A DNA stretch of 64,000 nucleotides, taken from contig OZ365111.1 of assembly GCA_977030845.1 (NCBI GenBank), positions 6,882,001 through 6,946,000 on the forward strand, written 5' to 3'. This document shows positions 63,845 to 64,000 of the stretch, piece after piece. This stretch comes from Fimbriosthenelais zetlandica. Taxonomy: Eukaryota. The notes beneath the pieces are model-generated. The model had not been told where the DNA came from and did not search any database. It saw only the letters and a program-made list of their open reading frames with translations. The position numbers were made by a program, and so were the translations under genes. The first letter of the stretch is position 1. Every line of letters starts with the position of its first letter.

Positions 63845-64000
63845 CACACAAAACCGACTACATCAAGTCTGAATGATGAAACAAACTCTCATTATATTAT
63901 TGAATCCCCCAGGCGCAAAAAGAATTATTTTTAATGTGAAATCATTGTCAATTCAAGGCAATGGTAAAATGTAAAAATAATTAATATACATGTACAATGA

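Overview
AT-rich, intron-containing animal genomic DNA, probably from a mollusc or other lophotrochozoan (inferred from the SINE type and repeat style; not proven). The right third holds three spliced genes that I reconstructed exon by exon: XRN2 (minus strand, at least 30 coding exons, terminal exon not located); an uncharacterised 682-aa HEAT/ARM-repeat gene (plus strand, 16 exons) head-to-head with XRN2 across a ~200-bp ETS/CCAAT promoter; and a TMEM72/Flower-like four-TM gene (minus strand, 5 exons) with an unusual Arg-Asp repeat tail ending in two acidic NPF motifs. The left ~42 kb has no credible coding sequence and looks like a motif-dense regulatory desert 3' of XRN2. It is interrupted by a 6.5-kb head-to-tail array of a non-autonomous Helentron/HINE-like element. 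That array carries 12 tRNA-Leu(TAA)-derived modules with altered anticodon loops, three of them in divergent inverted pairs, plus clustered CRE palindromes. Other repeats are a MITE with a 5-bp TSD, a piggyBac-type MITE, a tRNA-derived SINE and a 60-bp minisatellite. All coordinates were counted by hand; no database searches were run.
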